A DNA stretch of 64,000 nucleotides from Phycisphaerae bacterium (GTDB lineage: Bacteria > Planctomycetota > Phycisphaerae > WQYP01). The position numbers were made by a program, and so were the translations under genes. This document shows, in pieces, positions 9,236-18,135 of the stretch. Within the stretch, counting starts at the first letter, position 1. Each line of letters opens with the position of its first letter. A model generated the notes under the pieces. The model did not search any database, had not been told where the DNA came from, and saw nothing but the letters and a program-made list of their open reading frames with translations. Location of the stretch: positions 9,454-73,453 of the forward strand of contig DASZTO010000096.1 of assembly GCA_035548175.1 (NCBI GenBank), written 5' to 3'.

Positions 9236-10693
9236 ATGGGGCAGACGGCGGCGGCGGGGAGGCGGGTATTTTCGAGCGCGGTTCAGGGGCCGCGGCTGAC
9301 GGCCATGGTGTGGGCGCTGGCGGCGGTGGGGTCGTTCCACGCGGCGTATGCGATGCCGGCGTTTTTTCCGCTGATGGTGATATTTGCTGCGGGGACTGCC
9401 GGCGCGGCGTGGATTGACAGCGCGCGGGGCGCTTTCTGGCTGGGGCTGGGGATTGGTTTTGCGATATACGCTCCGCACCTGTTTTTCTTCGCGCGCATTT
9501 TTCACTTTTTCGCCATCTCGCTGTGGCTGATTCTGGCGGTGTGGGTGGGTTTCTTTGTTCTTCTGGCGCACTACGCGCGGCGGCGCTTTCCGCGCTGGGC
9601 GAGCCTGGTGATCTTTCCGATCCTGTGGATGGGGCTGGAGTATTTCCGGAGCGAACTTTATCCGCTGCGTTTCGCGTGGCTCACGCCGGGCCTGGCGTTT
9701 CCGCCGGAGGGCGCGGCGGGGGTCGTGGGGGTGTATGGCATCGGCGGGTTGCTGATGCTGCTGGCGACGGGGGCGCTGCTGGTTGGGCGCGCGTGGAGAT
9801 TCCCGGCACTGGCGGCGGCCGTGGCGATTGTGGGGTGCGCGCCGCTGCTGGATCGTGGGGGAGAGGGCGGGCGTGCGGGGGCAGGTCGCACCGGGCCGTT
9901 GATCGTGGGGATTCAGTCCGCGGCGGTTCCCGGCTGCCTGGACCGGGCGCTGGCGGCCTATCCGAACGCCGACCTGTTCATCCTGAGCGAATACAGCTTT
10001 CAGACTCCGCCGCCGTCGGCGGTGCGGGCGTGGTGCGCGGCGCATCAGAAATATCTGCTGGCCGGGGGCATTCGCTATCTCGATCCGGGTCCGGGCGTAC
10101 CTCGGGACGCCTTTCGCGACACGGCTTTTGTGGTGGGGCCGGACGGCTCACTCGTTTTCGAGCAGGCCAAATCCGTGCCGATTCAATTCATGTCGGACGG
10201 CCTTCCGGCGGCGGGGCAGCAACTCTGGCATTCGCCGTGGGGCGACATTGGGGTGTGCATCTGCTACGACCTGAGTTACACGCGGGTGACGGATCGGCTG
10301 GTGAAGCTGGGCGCGACGATGCTCATCGTGCCGGCCATGGATGTGACGTCGTGGGGACTGCACGAACACCAACTGCACGCGCGGATCGGACCGATGCGGG
10401 CTGCGGAATATGGCATACCGGTGGTGCGCGTGTGCAGCTCGGGTATTTCGCAGATCATCGATCGGTCGGGGCAGGTCACGGCGAGCGCTCCGTTCCCCGG
10501 GCCGGGCGCGATGCTGGCGGGGAGGGTTGCGATGGGCGCGACGGGGCGGCTTCCGGCGGATCGCGTGGCGGCTCGGTGGTGCGCGTGGGCGGCGATTGGT
10601 GATGGGGTGGTGGAGCTGTCGCTGGCGGCGCGGCGTCGTGTGGCGGATTCCCGGATGGGGCGGCGAAAAGCGCTGGCGGTAACGCCGGGCTGA
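9236..10693 (+). CDS. lnt: Apolipoprotein N-acyltransferase (Lnt), catalytically intact copy
   Basis: Polytopic N-domain with WMGLEYFRSEL plus a CN-hydrolase domain. Candidate E-K-C triad retained by alignment (ILSEYSF, EQAKSVP, VCICYD). Confidence 0.8.
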   Translation: MGQTAAAGRRVFSSAVQGPRLTAMVWALAAVGSFHAAYAMPAFFPLMVIFAAGTAGAAWIDSARGAFWLGLGIGFAIYAPHLFFFARIFHFFAISLWLILAVWVGFFVLLAHYARRRFPRWASLVIFPILWMGLEYFRSELYPLRFAWLTPGLAFPPEGAAGVVGVYGIGGLLMLLATGALLVGRAWRFPALAAAVAIVGCAPLLDRGGEGGRAGAGRTGPLIVGIQSAAVPGCLDRALAAYPNADLFILSEYSFQTPPPSAVRAWCAAHQKYLLAGGIRYLDPGPGVPRDAFRDTAFVVGPDGSLVFEQAKSVPIQFMSDGLPAAGQQLWHSPWGDIGVCICYDLSYTRVTDRLVKLGATMLIVPAMDVTSWGLHEHQLHARIGPMRAAEYGIPVVRVCSSGISQIIDRSGQVTASAPFPGPGAMLAGRVAMGATGRLPADRVAARWCAWAAIGDGVVELSLAARRRVADSRMGRRKALAVTPG

Positions 10694-10755
10694 GGCCACA
10701 ATAGGCGGCGGGGGGAAGTCATATCGACCTGCGTGTGTTCACTTCAGAGGTATCC

Positions 10756-12291
10756 ATGGCGGAATCATCTGTTCCGGTTGTCTCGCCGACGCCCGCATCA
10801 CCCGCTCCGGCAGCGCGGCCGGCGCGGCGGATCAAGCCGGGCTCGATCTCGGTCATTCAGGGGCTGCTGCTGGTGATTGTGGGGTCGGGGAGTTTCGCGG
10901 CGGCGTTTATGGCGCCCAAGGCGGGACCGCTGATTGTGCTGTTCCTTTTCTGCGTGGCGCGATTGTGCCGGCAGGCGACGCCGGCGCGGGCTTTGGTTCT
11001 CGGGCTGCTTCTGGGCATTCTGGCGTATATCCCGCAGGCGTTCTATGCGGCGGGCGGCATGGGCCCGGGGGTGACGCTGACGATGGTCGCGTGGCCGCTC
11101 GGTGTCGCTGTGGTGGCGTGGATCGGGCATCTTGCGTGGCGCCGGGGTGCGGCGGGCCTTGGGCTGCTGATTCTTCCGTTCCTGTGGGTGGGCCTGGAAT
11201 ATGTGCTGACGGAAGTTTGCCCGCCGCAATGGGGCTGGCTGGACGCCGGCGTGGCGATGCCCGCGGAAGCGCTGCATCATCTGGTGGGGGTGTATGGGCT
11301 GGCGTTTATCCTGATGTTGATTGCCGCCATCACCGCGGGCGTGCGGGGGCTGCCGGGATTCATCGCGATGCTGGTGGCGATAGGCGCGTCGTGGGGGTTG
11401 TCGCTGTGGCAACTGCCTGCGTCCGGGGCGGCGGCGGTGGCGGCTTCGGCGGCGGCGAGCGCGCCGGCGGGAGGCGGGTTGCCGACGGTGGTGACTGTGC
11501 CGGGTCATTTCACGGCGCGGACAATCTCCGCCGCGCTGGCGGAAGCCGTCAAGGAGCACCCGGAGAGCGCGATCGTCGTGCTGCCGGATTATTCGCTGTC
11601 GCGCAACGATCCGGTCGTGCGGTGGGCTCAAAATCAGAAGAAATTCGTGGTCACCGCGACGCGTGAAGGTGATCGTCACTCCGGGCGGGCGACGGACATC
11701 CTGGTGGTCACCGATAGCAGGGGCGACACGGCGCTGGTGGTCAATCGGCAACTCGGGGCGGGGCCACCCGAGGACGCCGAGCCTGACCTGGCGGATACGC
11801 CGTGGGGGAAGATCGCGTTGATGCCGTTTCACGATTTGGCGCGTCGCTGGGATACGGACCGGTCGGTGAAAGCAGGGGCCAAGGCGTTCATCGTGCTGAA
11901 CCCTGACGCGGAGCCGGGCAACATTCAGATGCGTGAAGAGCGGACGCATCTGGCGGAGGTTCGCGCGGCCGAGTATGGGGTGCCGGTGGTGCGTGCGAGC
12001 ACGAGCGGGGTGTGCCAGCTCATTACGTCGCGTGGCGTGGTGAAGGAGTCTGTTGAGGCGGGGGCGCCTTTGGCGGGGACGTTGGACATGGCGGGGGATG
12101 CCGGCATACCGCTGGGCGGGCTGCTGGCTCCGGTGTGTCTGGGGATTGCGGTGGTGTATATTCTGGTGGAGCTGGTTCTGATCGCGCTGGCGGATCGCCG
12201 CGCCAAGGCGGTGGGGCGCTCGGGTTCCTCGGCGATGCCTCCTGCGGCCCCGCCTCCCCCGCCGCCGCCTTCTCCGCCGGCCGCAGTGTGA
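10756..12291 (+). CDS. Lnt-like paralogue lacking the catalytic triad (probable pseudoenzyme), with C-terminal TM plus poly-Pro tail
   Basis: Same architecture (LWVGLEYVLTE, C-terminal RAAEYGVPVVRASTSG). Aligned triad positions read VLPDYSL (E to D), VVNRQLG (K lost) and LMPFHD (C to F). Extra C-terminal TM and PPAAPPPPPPPSPPAAV tail. Confidence 0.75.
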   Translation: MAESSVPVVSPTPASPAPAARPARRIKPGSISVIQGLLLVIVGSGSFAAAFMAPKAGPLIVLFLFCVARLCRQATPARALVLGLLLGILAYIPQAFYAAGGMGPGVTLTMVAWPLGVAVVAWIGHLAWRRGAAGLGLLILPFLWVGLEYVLTEVCPPQWGWLDAGVAMPAEALHHLVGVYGLAFILMLIAAITAGVRGLPGFIAMLVAIGASWGLSLWQLPASGAAAVAASAAASAPAGGGLPTVVTVPGHFTARTISAALAEAVKEHPESAIVVLPDYSLSRNDPVVRWAQNQKKFVVTATREGDRHSGRATDILVVTDSRGDTALVVNRQLGAGPPEDAEPDLADTPWGKIALMPFHDLARRWDTDRSVKAGAKAFIVLNPDAEPGNIQMREERTHLAEVRAAEYGVPVVRASTSGVCQLITSRGVVKESVEAGAPLAGTLDMAGDAGIPLGGLLAPVCLGIAVVYILVELVLIALADRRAKAVGRSGSSAMPPAAPPPPPPPSPPAAV

Positions 12292-12321
12292 TGCAGGCAC
12301 GTTTTTTTGGACAGGCGTCCC

Positions 12322-12825
12322 ATGGCCGACATTCCCCGCGATCCCCGGCAGCTGGCGCGAGACATCCTTGCCGGGAAGATTTCTCTGGAAGATGTGGCGC
12401 GCGAGCAGGCGCGCCGCGCGGGCCTGCCGCCGCCGCAGGCGCGTCCGGGGGGCATTCAGCGGCAGAAGCTTCCGGATCGCATTCCGTTGCCGCGGCAACT
12501 ACCGCAGCAGCCGGTGCGTCGTCCGCCGCCGCCTCAACCGGTGCGTCAACCGCAGTCCCGCAAAGCGGCGCCGCCCGCGCCGCAACGTCGGCCAGCATCG
12601 CGGTCGTTTCCCCCCTCCGGGCCGCCGCCGGCGCCTCCGGCCGCGAATTTGCCCGTGCCCGCTCGCCAGGCGCTCGCGCCTCTCGCAGCCGCCGTTCCTC
12701 CGGTATCGCCGATGCGGTCGAGCCGTTCGTCGATCCGGCAGAACCTCCGCACTCCGGCCACGCTTCGCCAGGCGATCCTGCTGGCGGAAATCCTCGGGCC
12801 GCCCGTGGCGCTGCGCGAAAGCTGA
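12322..12825 (+). CDS. Hypothetical proline-rich protein
   Basis: ORF 12307..12825. ATG at 12322. G-ending codon bias matches flanking + genes. Low-complexity PQ/PR-rich sequence, no domain recognised. Confidence 0.35.
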   Translation: MADIPRDPRQLARDILAGKISLEDVAREQARRAGLPPPQARPGGIQRQKLPDRIPLPRQLPQQPVRRPPPPQPVRQPQSRKAAPPAPQRRPASRSFPPSGPPPAPPAANLPVPARQALAPLAAAVPPVSPMRSSRSSIRQNLRTPATLRQAILLAEILGPPVALRES

Positions 12826-12833
12826 CTCGCCGC

Positions 12834-15173
12834 TCACTCGCCCGCCCGCTTCGCCAACTCCGCCTCCATCCGCGCAATCTCCGCATGCATCTGCGCCACA
12901 TGCGCCTTGTACCCTGGCGGTTCCTCCGGCCCGTTCGGCCCCGCTATGTACGGTCCGTGCGGCACTGTTGCCAATGTCTCCATTTGCTCCTGAAGCTTTC
13001 TAATCCCCGCCGCCAGGTCCTGCGTCGACAGGTTCTCGACATCCGCCGGCTGGGTGGCCGCCGCCAGATGCGACGAGAGGGCCCGCAACTGCGCCGCCTG
13101 CTCCGCCAGCATGGACATCTTCGCGGCGCTGACGTCATCCGCGCGCCCCTTCAGTGCTTCCAACTCCCGCTGGAGTTTCTCCAGTTGGTCTCGCGCCCTT
13201 GCCGCCTCGAGCTGCGTCGCCGCCGGCTGCTCGTTCGCACGGGCGGCCGCTCCCGCCGCACCATCCGCCGCCGGCTCCGTCGCGATATGGTCGAAAGTCG
13301 TCCATTCGATCGGGCGGGACTGAAAGCGGAAGGTCTTGATTTCCTTCCGCGTCGCCCCTTCCAGGTACGCACTCACCTGCCACAACGATCCCTGCCGTCC
13401 CGTCGCACCGGTCGTCATCGGATGCTCGCTGCCGTCCACGAACACGGCCACCACGCGCATGTCCGCGTTCGCCATCGTGTAGGCCATCCGTATTTCGATG
13501 TGCGGCTCAACCGCCATCCCCGCGCCGCCCATCCGCCGTCCGCCGCCGCCTCCGCTTCCTTCAAGCGGCGGCGCCGGTTCATAGACCACCGGATCGCCGA
13601 TCACATATGTTCCCGTATCTGTCTTGCCCGATTGTGCATGATCGCCCTCAGCAAACGTCTTCCACGCCGACCGCGCAATGCCCACCAAGACCGCCGTGTT
13701 GCCCGCGGCCGGGTACTTGAACTCGTAATACGCATCCATCGGCCCCGCCGGCATCGTCGAATTCTCCGCCACCCGCGACAAAAGCCTCAGGTCCGACGCA
13801 TCGCGTACCGCGCTGCCCTGCCGCAACTCCACCACGGGGAACGACACGTCCGGACTTTCCTGATGCACCTTCAGGATACACAGCCGGCCCGCGTCATCCG
13901 TCGGTCCCGGATAGATCGACCCCGGCAGCAACGTGGGCTGCCCATCCACGGTCCAGAAGGGCCCGCCGGCATTCGCCCCCACCGCGATGATCGACACCCA
14001 TCCCGCCGGCAACGCCGCTTCACTTACCGCCCCCGCCGCCGGATTACCCGCTTCCTTCTTCGCGGCTGCCCGCGGCGCAGGCTGGTCAGACGATGCCGGC
14101 GGCGCCGCCGTCAAAGTCGCCAGCCCCGCCGTGACCCCCAGCGTCGCCACGGCCAGCGCCACCAGCGCCGACCTCCCAATCGCCCCGCGCCGCCCCTGCG
14201 GTCGAAGCACCGCCCGAATTCGACTCTCCAACGACGACGGCCGGGCCATGGACACGGCTGAATAACGCATGAGCGGTCTCCTTTGATAGGTCAACGCCAT
14301 TTCCAGAAGCGTGTGTGCGTAGCCCGGGGCATCCACTCCGCGGCCAATCACCAGGTCGTCGCACGCTTTTTCCCGTTCGATTTCCATCTGCCGCACGGCC
14401 ACCCACGCCAGCGGGTGAGGCCAATAGACCGCCCGCGCCAAGAGCGCCAGAGCCTGGGTCGGCAAGTCGCGGCGGCGCGCATGGGCCAGTTCGTGCAGCA
14501 AGACGGCGTGCAACTGCTCTTCCGGCCAGTCCGCGGCGCCGAGCGGCAAAACAATCGCGGGCCGCAGCAACCCGACCGCCACCGGCATCTTCCACGCATC
14601 GCTCACCACCACGCGCACACGCCGCGCCATGCCCAGCGCCTGATGAGCCCGGGCCACCGGCCCCTCCTCCAATTCGCAAGCCGGAAGACGGCGTAGCGCC
14701 CGGCGCACGCGCCACGGCGCCATCAGCAGCGGCACGCTGAAAAGAATCACGCCCGCTGCATACACGCACGCTAAAATCAGCAGCCAGTCGATCGATGCCT
14801 TCACCGGGACGAACGACGGCAGCGCTCCGTTCGCGGCAGGCGGCGGATTGACAAGGCTCGGCGCGGCCGGCGCGCCAGTCGCGGCTTCAGGCGTGGGATT
14901 GAGCGGGGACGGATGTAACACGTCGGCAGGCTGAGGCGCCGCCGCCTGCGGCCGTGCATCGTGCCGCACCGGCACAATCCGCACCGCCGGCAGCACCACC
15001 ATCATCGCCGGCAGAAGCAGCAGCCCCGCCATCGCCGACGTCCAGCACGCATGGCGGCTTGCGGCCGTGGCGCGCCGCAGTAGGACCGTCGCCATGCCCG
15101 CCGCCGCCAGCAGGCATGTGGACTTCACCGCGATCTCCGCCAGCGCGCGCACCTGTATGAAATCAATCGCCAT
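12834..15173 (-). CDS. BlaR1/MecR1-family M56 peptidase sensor with long coiled-coil/low-complexity C-terminal domain (no PBP domain)
   Basis: N-terminal TM helices and the HExxH zinc motif LLHELAHARRRD typical of peptidase M56. C-terminal ~450 aa are coiled-coil-rich. ATG is the complement of 15171-15173, overlapping the blaI stop by 11 nt. Confidence 0.8.
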   Translation of the reverse strand: MAIDFIQVRALAEIAVKSTCLLAAAGMATVLLRRATAASRHACWTSAMAGLLLLPAMMVVLPAVRIVPVRHDARPQAAAPQPADVLHPSPLNPTPEAATGAPAAPSLVNPPPAANGALPSFVPVKASIDWLLILACVYAAGVILFSVPLLMAPWRVRRALRRLPACELEEGPVARAHQALGMARRVRVVVSDAWKMPVAVGLLRPAIVLPLGAADWPEEQLHAVLLHELAHARRRDLPTQALALLARAVYWPHPLAWVAVRQMEIEREKACDDLVIGRGVDAPGYAHTLLEMALTYQRRPLMRYSAVSMARPSSLESRIRAVLRPQGRRGAIGRSALVALAVATLGVTAGLATLTAAPPASSDQPAPRAAAKKEAGNPAAGAVSEAALPAGWVSIIAVGANAGGPFWTVDGQPTLLPGSIYPGPTDDAGRLCILKVHQESPDVSFPVVELRQGSAVRDASDLRLLSRVAENSTMPAGPMDAYYEFKYPAAGNTAVLVGIARSAWKTFAEGDHAQSGKTDTGTYVIGDPVVYEPAPPLEGSGGGGGRRMGGAGMAVEPHIEIRMAYTMANADMRVVAVFVDGSEHPMTTGATGRQGSLWQVSAYLEGATRKEIKTFRFQSRPIEWTTFDHIATEPAADGAAGAAARANEQPAATQLEAARARDQLEKLQRELEALKGRADDVSAAKMSMLAEQAAQLRALSSHLAAATQPADVENLSTQDLAAGIRKLQEQMETLATVPHGPYIAGPNGPEEPPGYKAHVAQMHAEIARMEAELAKRAGE

Positions 15174-15570
15174 GAGAACCTCCTCGCATCGGAGCCTGTT
15201 CCCGCGCCTCGGCAATCAGGGCTGCGAGGCGATCGGCTTCTGCGGGTGAAAGTTTGCTCGCGGGGTCTGCGAAATGCGCTGCCAGGGCCTTTTCCACGCT
15301 TCCTCCGAAGAATGTTTCGAGGACCCGCCGGAGTGCCGATTTGCCGACCTTCTCCCGCGCCCGGACGGGCCGATAGACAAACGCCCGCCCGCGTTTTTCG
15401 TGCGTGAGGAGTCCCTTGTCCTCGAGGATGCGCAGGAACGTTCGGACGGCTGTGCGGGTGGGCGCGTCCTTCAGGCCGGCATGAACCTCATCCGCGGTCG
15501 CTTCTTCGCGCGCGTAGACGACATCCATAATCTGCCGTTCCCGGCGAGAGAGCTCAGGAGAATCCGCCAT
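15163..15570 (-). CDS. BlaI/MecI/CopY-family transcriptional repressor
   Basis: 135 aa, winged-helix Penicillinase_R pattern (SRRERQIMDVVYAREEATADEV...TFLRILEDKGLLTHEKRGRAFVYRP). Sits upstream of and overlapping the M56 gene. Confidence 0.85.
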   Translation of the reverse strand: MADSPELSRRERQIMDVVYAREEATADEVHAGLKDAPTRTAVRTFLRILEDKGLLTHEKRGRAFVYRPVRAREKVGKSALRRVLETFFGGSVEKALAAHFADPASKLSPAEADRLAALIAEAREQAPMRGGSHGD

Positions 15571-15598
15571 GCGAGGGCTCCGAATGTAGACGCACAAC

Positions 15599-15653
15599 TG
15601 CCAAAATATTGGCACATCCGCGGCATGTCAAGCAAAATGTCAAAATTTTGGCA
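15599..15653. promoter_or_regulatory. Two near-palindromic 16-bp dyads (TGCCAAAATATTGGCA, TGTCAAAATTTTGGCA), candidate BlaI-family operators
   Basis: Dyads at 15599-15614 and 15638-15653, 39 bp centre to centre, in the AT-rich region just upstream of blaI. Consensus TGNCAAAAT-ATTTTGNCA. Confidence 0.4.
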
Positions 15654-15742
15654 CAAGCGCCTGCGCTTCAGGCACCCTCGCCAGCCGGTGACTGACTGCC
15701 CAAATCGGCAACGGGCAACCGGCAAATCGGCAATGTCCGTGC

Positions 15743-16089
15743 TTACTCCAACGGATCCTTCTCCTGCTCCACCACACCTTCGTCCCCCTCCAACTGCCCG
15801 CCCGCCTCGCTCGATTTCCGCCCCTCACTCCCGCTCGTCTTCTGCGGCCCGTTCGCCAGCGACCCTGTATAACTCGACACTTGCTCCAACTTCTTGTCCG
15901 GACTTTCCACCGCCCGCCGATCCCCCGGCTCCCCGCGCGGCCCCGCATCGATCCCCCGCACCGCCCTGGCCTCCGCACTCCCCGCATCCCGCATCCGATC
16001 CTGCTCTTCCGCCTTTTTTTCTTCCTTCACCCGTCCCTGCATCCCCGCATCATTTTTCAGCTCATCATCACGCCGCGTCACGTCCGCCA
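15743..16089 (-). CDS. Hypothetical small acidic/charged protein (115 aa)
   Basis: ATG (complement of 16087-16089) preceded by GGAGGTG SD. Strong G-ending codon bias on the minus strand. Lys/Glu/Asp/Gly-rich, no domain. Confidence 0.5.
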
Positions 16090-16151
16090 TAAGGCACCTC
16101 CTGTATCCCAGCGTCCAGCAAACCCGCTGCCGCGACGGTACAATCGTTCGC

Positions 16152-17240
16152 ATGAAGGCGCTCCTCCAGCAACTCCTTCGCGGCACGCCGCTGACCTTTG
16201 AGCAGGCAGAGTCCGCCTTTACCGAGATCATGGCCGGGACGGCCGACCCCATTCAGACGGCGTCGCTTCTTACCCTGATGGCCGCCCGGGGCGGTGGGGG
16301 GGGTACGGGAGGCGGCGAATTGACCGTCGAGGAACTGCACGGCGCCGCGACCGTTCTTCGGAGGCACGTCGTCGCGATCGACGCACCGGAAAACGTCATT
16401 GATACCTGCGGCACCGGGGGGGTCGGATCGACGCTCTTCAACATCTCGACAACGGCGGCGATCGTCGCCGCGGCGGCCGGGGCTTTTGTCGCCAAGCATG
16501 GCAATCGTTCGATTACCTCCTGCTCGGGCTCGGCGGACGTTCTTCGGGCGCTGGGGGTCAACATCGACACCAGCCCCGGGCAAGCCGCTCGGTGCCTGCG
16601 GGAAGCGCACATCTGTTTTGCGTTCGCCCCGCGCCATCACCCGGCCATGAAGCATGTCGCGGCCATCCGCCAGGCGCTGGGCTTTTCCACGGTGTTCAAT
16701 CTGCTGGGGCCGCTGACCAACCCTGCGGGTTCGCGCCGGCAGGTTGTCGGCACGCGGCCGGAGTTGGCCGACAAGCTCCTCGATGTCCTGATCCGGCTGG
16801 GCGCGCAGCGGACCCTGGTCGTCGCGGGGTCCGATCCCACGCTGGGGACGCTGTGCGACATCTCGGTGACGGGGCCCACGCGCGTCGCCTCGTTCGATGT
16901 GGCTGACGGCGGGGGGGGAGCCGGGGGGGTGGGCGGGGGGGAACCGCGGCGCTATACCCTCCATCCGGAGGACCTTGGCCTGCCCCGGCATGGCTCATCG
17001 GCAGAGCTGCAAATCCGCTCGGTCGAGGATGCCGCGGCCCGCATGCGCGACATCCTCGGCGGCCACCGCAGCGGCCGGGGAGCCGCCCGCGATATCGTTT
17101 TGGCCAACGCCGCCGCCGCCCTGTGGGTCGCGGGGATAGTCGACAGCCTGCCCGCCGGCGTTCCCCTGGCGGCGGAAGCAATCGACTCAGGTGCCGCGCG
17201 CCAGACCCTTGAGCGCTTCATCGCGCTCAGCCACGCCTGA
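16152..17240 (+). CDS. trpD: Anthranilate phosphoribosyltransferase
   Basis: Conserved TrpD motifs (DTCGTGG, KHGNRS, NPAG). Contains in-frame poly-G tracts coding Gly runs (16286-16300, 16905-16945). Confidence 0.9.
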   Translation: MKALLQQLLRGTPLTFEQAESAFTEIMAGTADPIQTASLLTLMAARGGGGGTGGGELTVEELHGAATVLRRHVVAIDAPENVIDTCGTGGVGSTLFNISTTAAIVAAAAGAFVAKHGNRSITSCSGSADVLRALGVNIDTSPGQAARCLREAHICFAFAPRHHPAMKHVAAIRQALGFSTVFNLLGPLTNPAGSRRQVVGTRPELADKLLDVLIRLGAQRTLVVAGSDPTLGTLCDISVTGPTRVASFDVADGGGGAGGVGGGEPRRYTLHPEDLGLPRHGSSAELQIRSVEDAAARMRDILGGHRSGRGAARDIVLANAAAALWVAGIVDSLPAGVPLAAEAIDSGAARQTLERFIALSHA

Positions 17241-17437
17241 TGGCCGCTCCGTTGAGGGCCTCGCGTGACAGCGTCGCCCGTCCCCCTTTTTTCGGCCTTC
17301 GGGAATTCCCGGCAGGCGGCCTCAAGAACCTTCCATGCACCCGCCGAAAAAAAATCTGAATCTCCTGCAACCTTTCGCCTTGTGCGTACGTTGAGTGGAG
17401 TAAAGCCACACGCTATCGCCGGTGCCGTTTCACCGGC

Positions 17438-17767
17438 ATGAATTTCGGCGCAAGTCCCCTCTGCGCCGCCTGTTTGGAGCATGCTGTGTTTCCATCCAGC
17501 CTGCCGAGTCCCCGTTTCGGGGCTGGCCTTGCCACCGTCCTGGTCCTGACCGCCCTCGCGTTTCTGAGCGTCGCTCCGGTTCCCGCGCGTGCCAGCGCTC
17601 CGGCGTCGGAACCGGCACCCGTTGCGGCCCCGGCCGTGAGGACGCCTCATGCGGCGCGGCCGGTTCAGGTCGCCGACGAAATCGTCCGCCGCCTCCGCCG
17701 GCTGGGGATCAACTTCAGCAAGACGCGCATTCTCAATCCGTACGATCCGGAAGGCGAAGTGTGCTGA
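17438..17767 (+). CDS. Hypothetical small secreted protein
   Basis: ORF with hydrophobic signal-like segment GAGLATVLVLTALAFLSVAPVPARA. Weak evidence, start uncertain. Confidence 0.25.
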   Translation: MNFGASPLCAACLEHAVFPSSLPSPRFGAGLATVLVLTALAFLSVAPVPARASAPASEPAPVAAPAVRTPHAARPVQVADEIVRRLRRLGINFSKTRILNPYDPEGEVC

Positions 17768-18135
17768 CAAACCGGGGCGGGGGGGTGCGGCGGCTTTGCC
17801 GGTGGGGCCGGTCCATGGTGCTTTGGCCCGTGGATGAGGGGAGGCCGGTTGATCGGCACCGCGCCAAGCTGTCATCCTGCCCGCCTGCACTCTGCCGCCT
17901 CCGCGAAAATTCCCGGCCGCGAAACCTGGGGCGGGCGCCTCAGCCGTAACCTGCGGTGATACCCTCGTTTATCGCATTCCGCCAGAATTCTGCCTCATTT
18001 TTGCGACTTTTCGCGCCCTTGATGGGTCCCTCGGGCGGTGGCTGGCATGTGCGCTGCTGTGATCCTGAGCAGCAATTCCCTCACTGTTGAGGGGCCATTT
18101 CTTTGAGTCGCTGACCATTGCTCAGGAGCTATTCC

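Noticed and set aside
8102-10045. 647-aa minus-strand ORF
   Set aside because: Antisense of floA and lnt. Arg/Pro/His-rich with no domain features, and the opposite strand carries strong homologues.
10798-12498. 566-aa minus-strand ORF
   Set aside because: Antisense of the Lnt-like paralogue. Poly-Arg/His low-complexity translation.
12135-14261. 708-aa plus-strand ORF
   Set aside because: Antisense of the BlaR1-like M56 gene. Arg-rich nonsense, and the real gene on the minus strand has the HExxH motif.
17283-17320. T7 run and CGGGAATTCCCG palindrome after trpD as a terminator
   Set aside because: The T-run is not preceded by a convincing GC stem and the palindrome lies downstream of it. 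Too weak to call.
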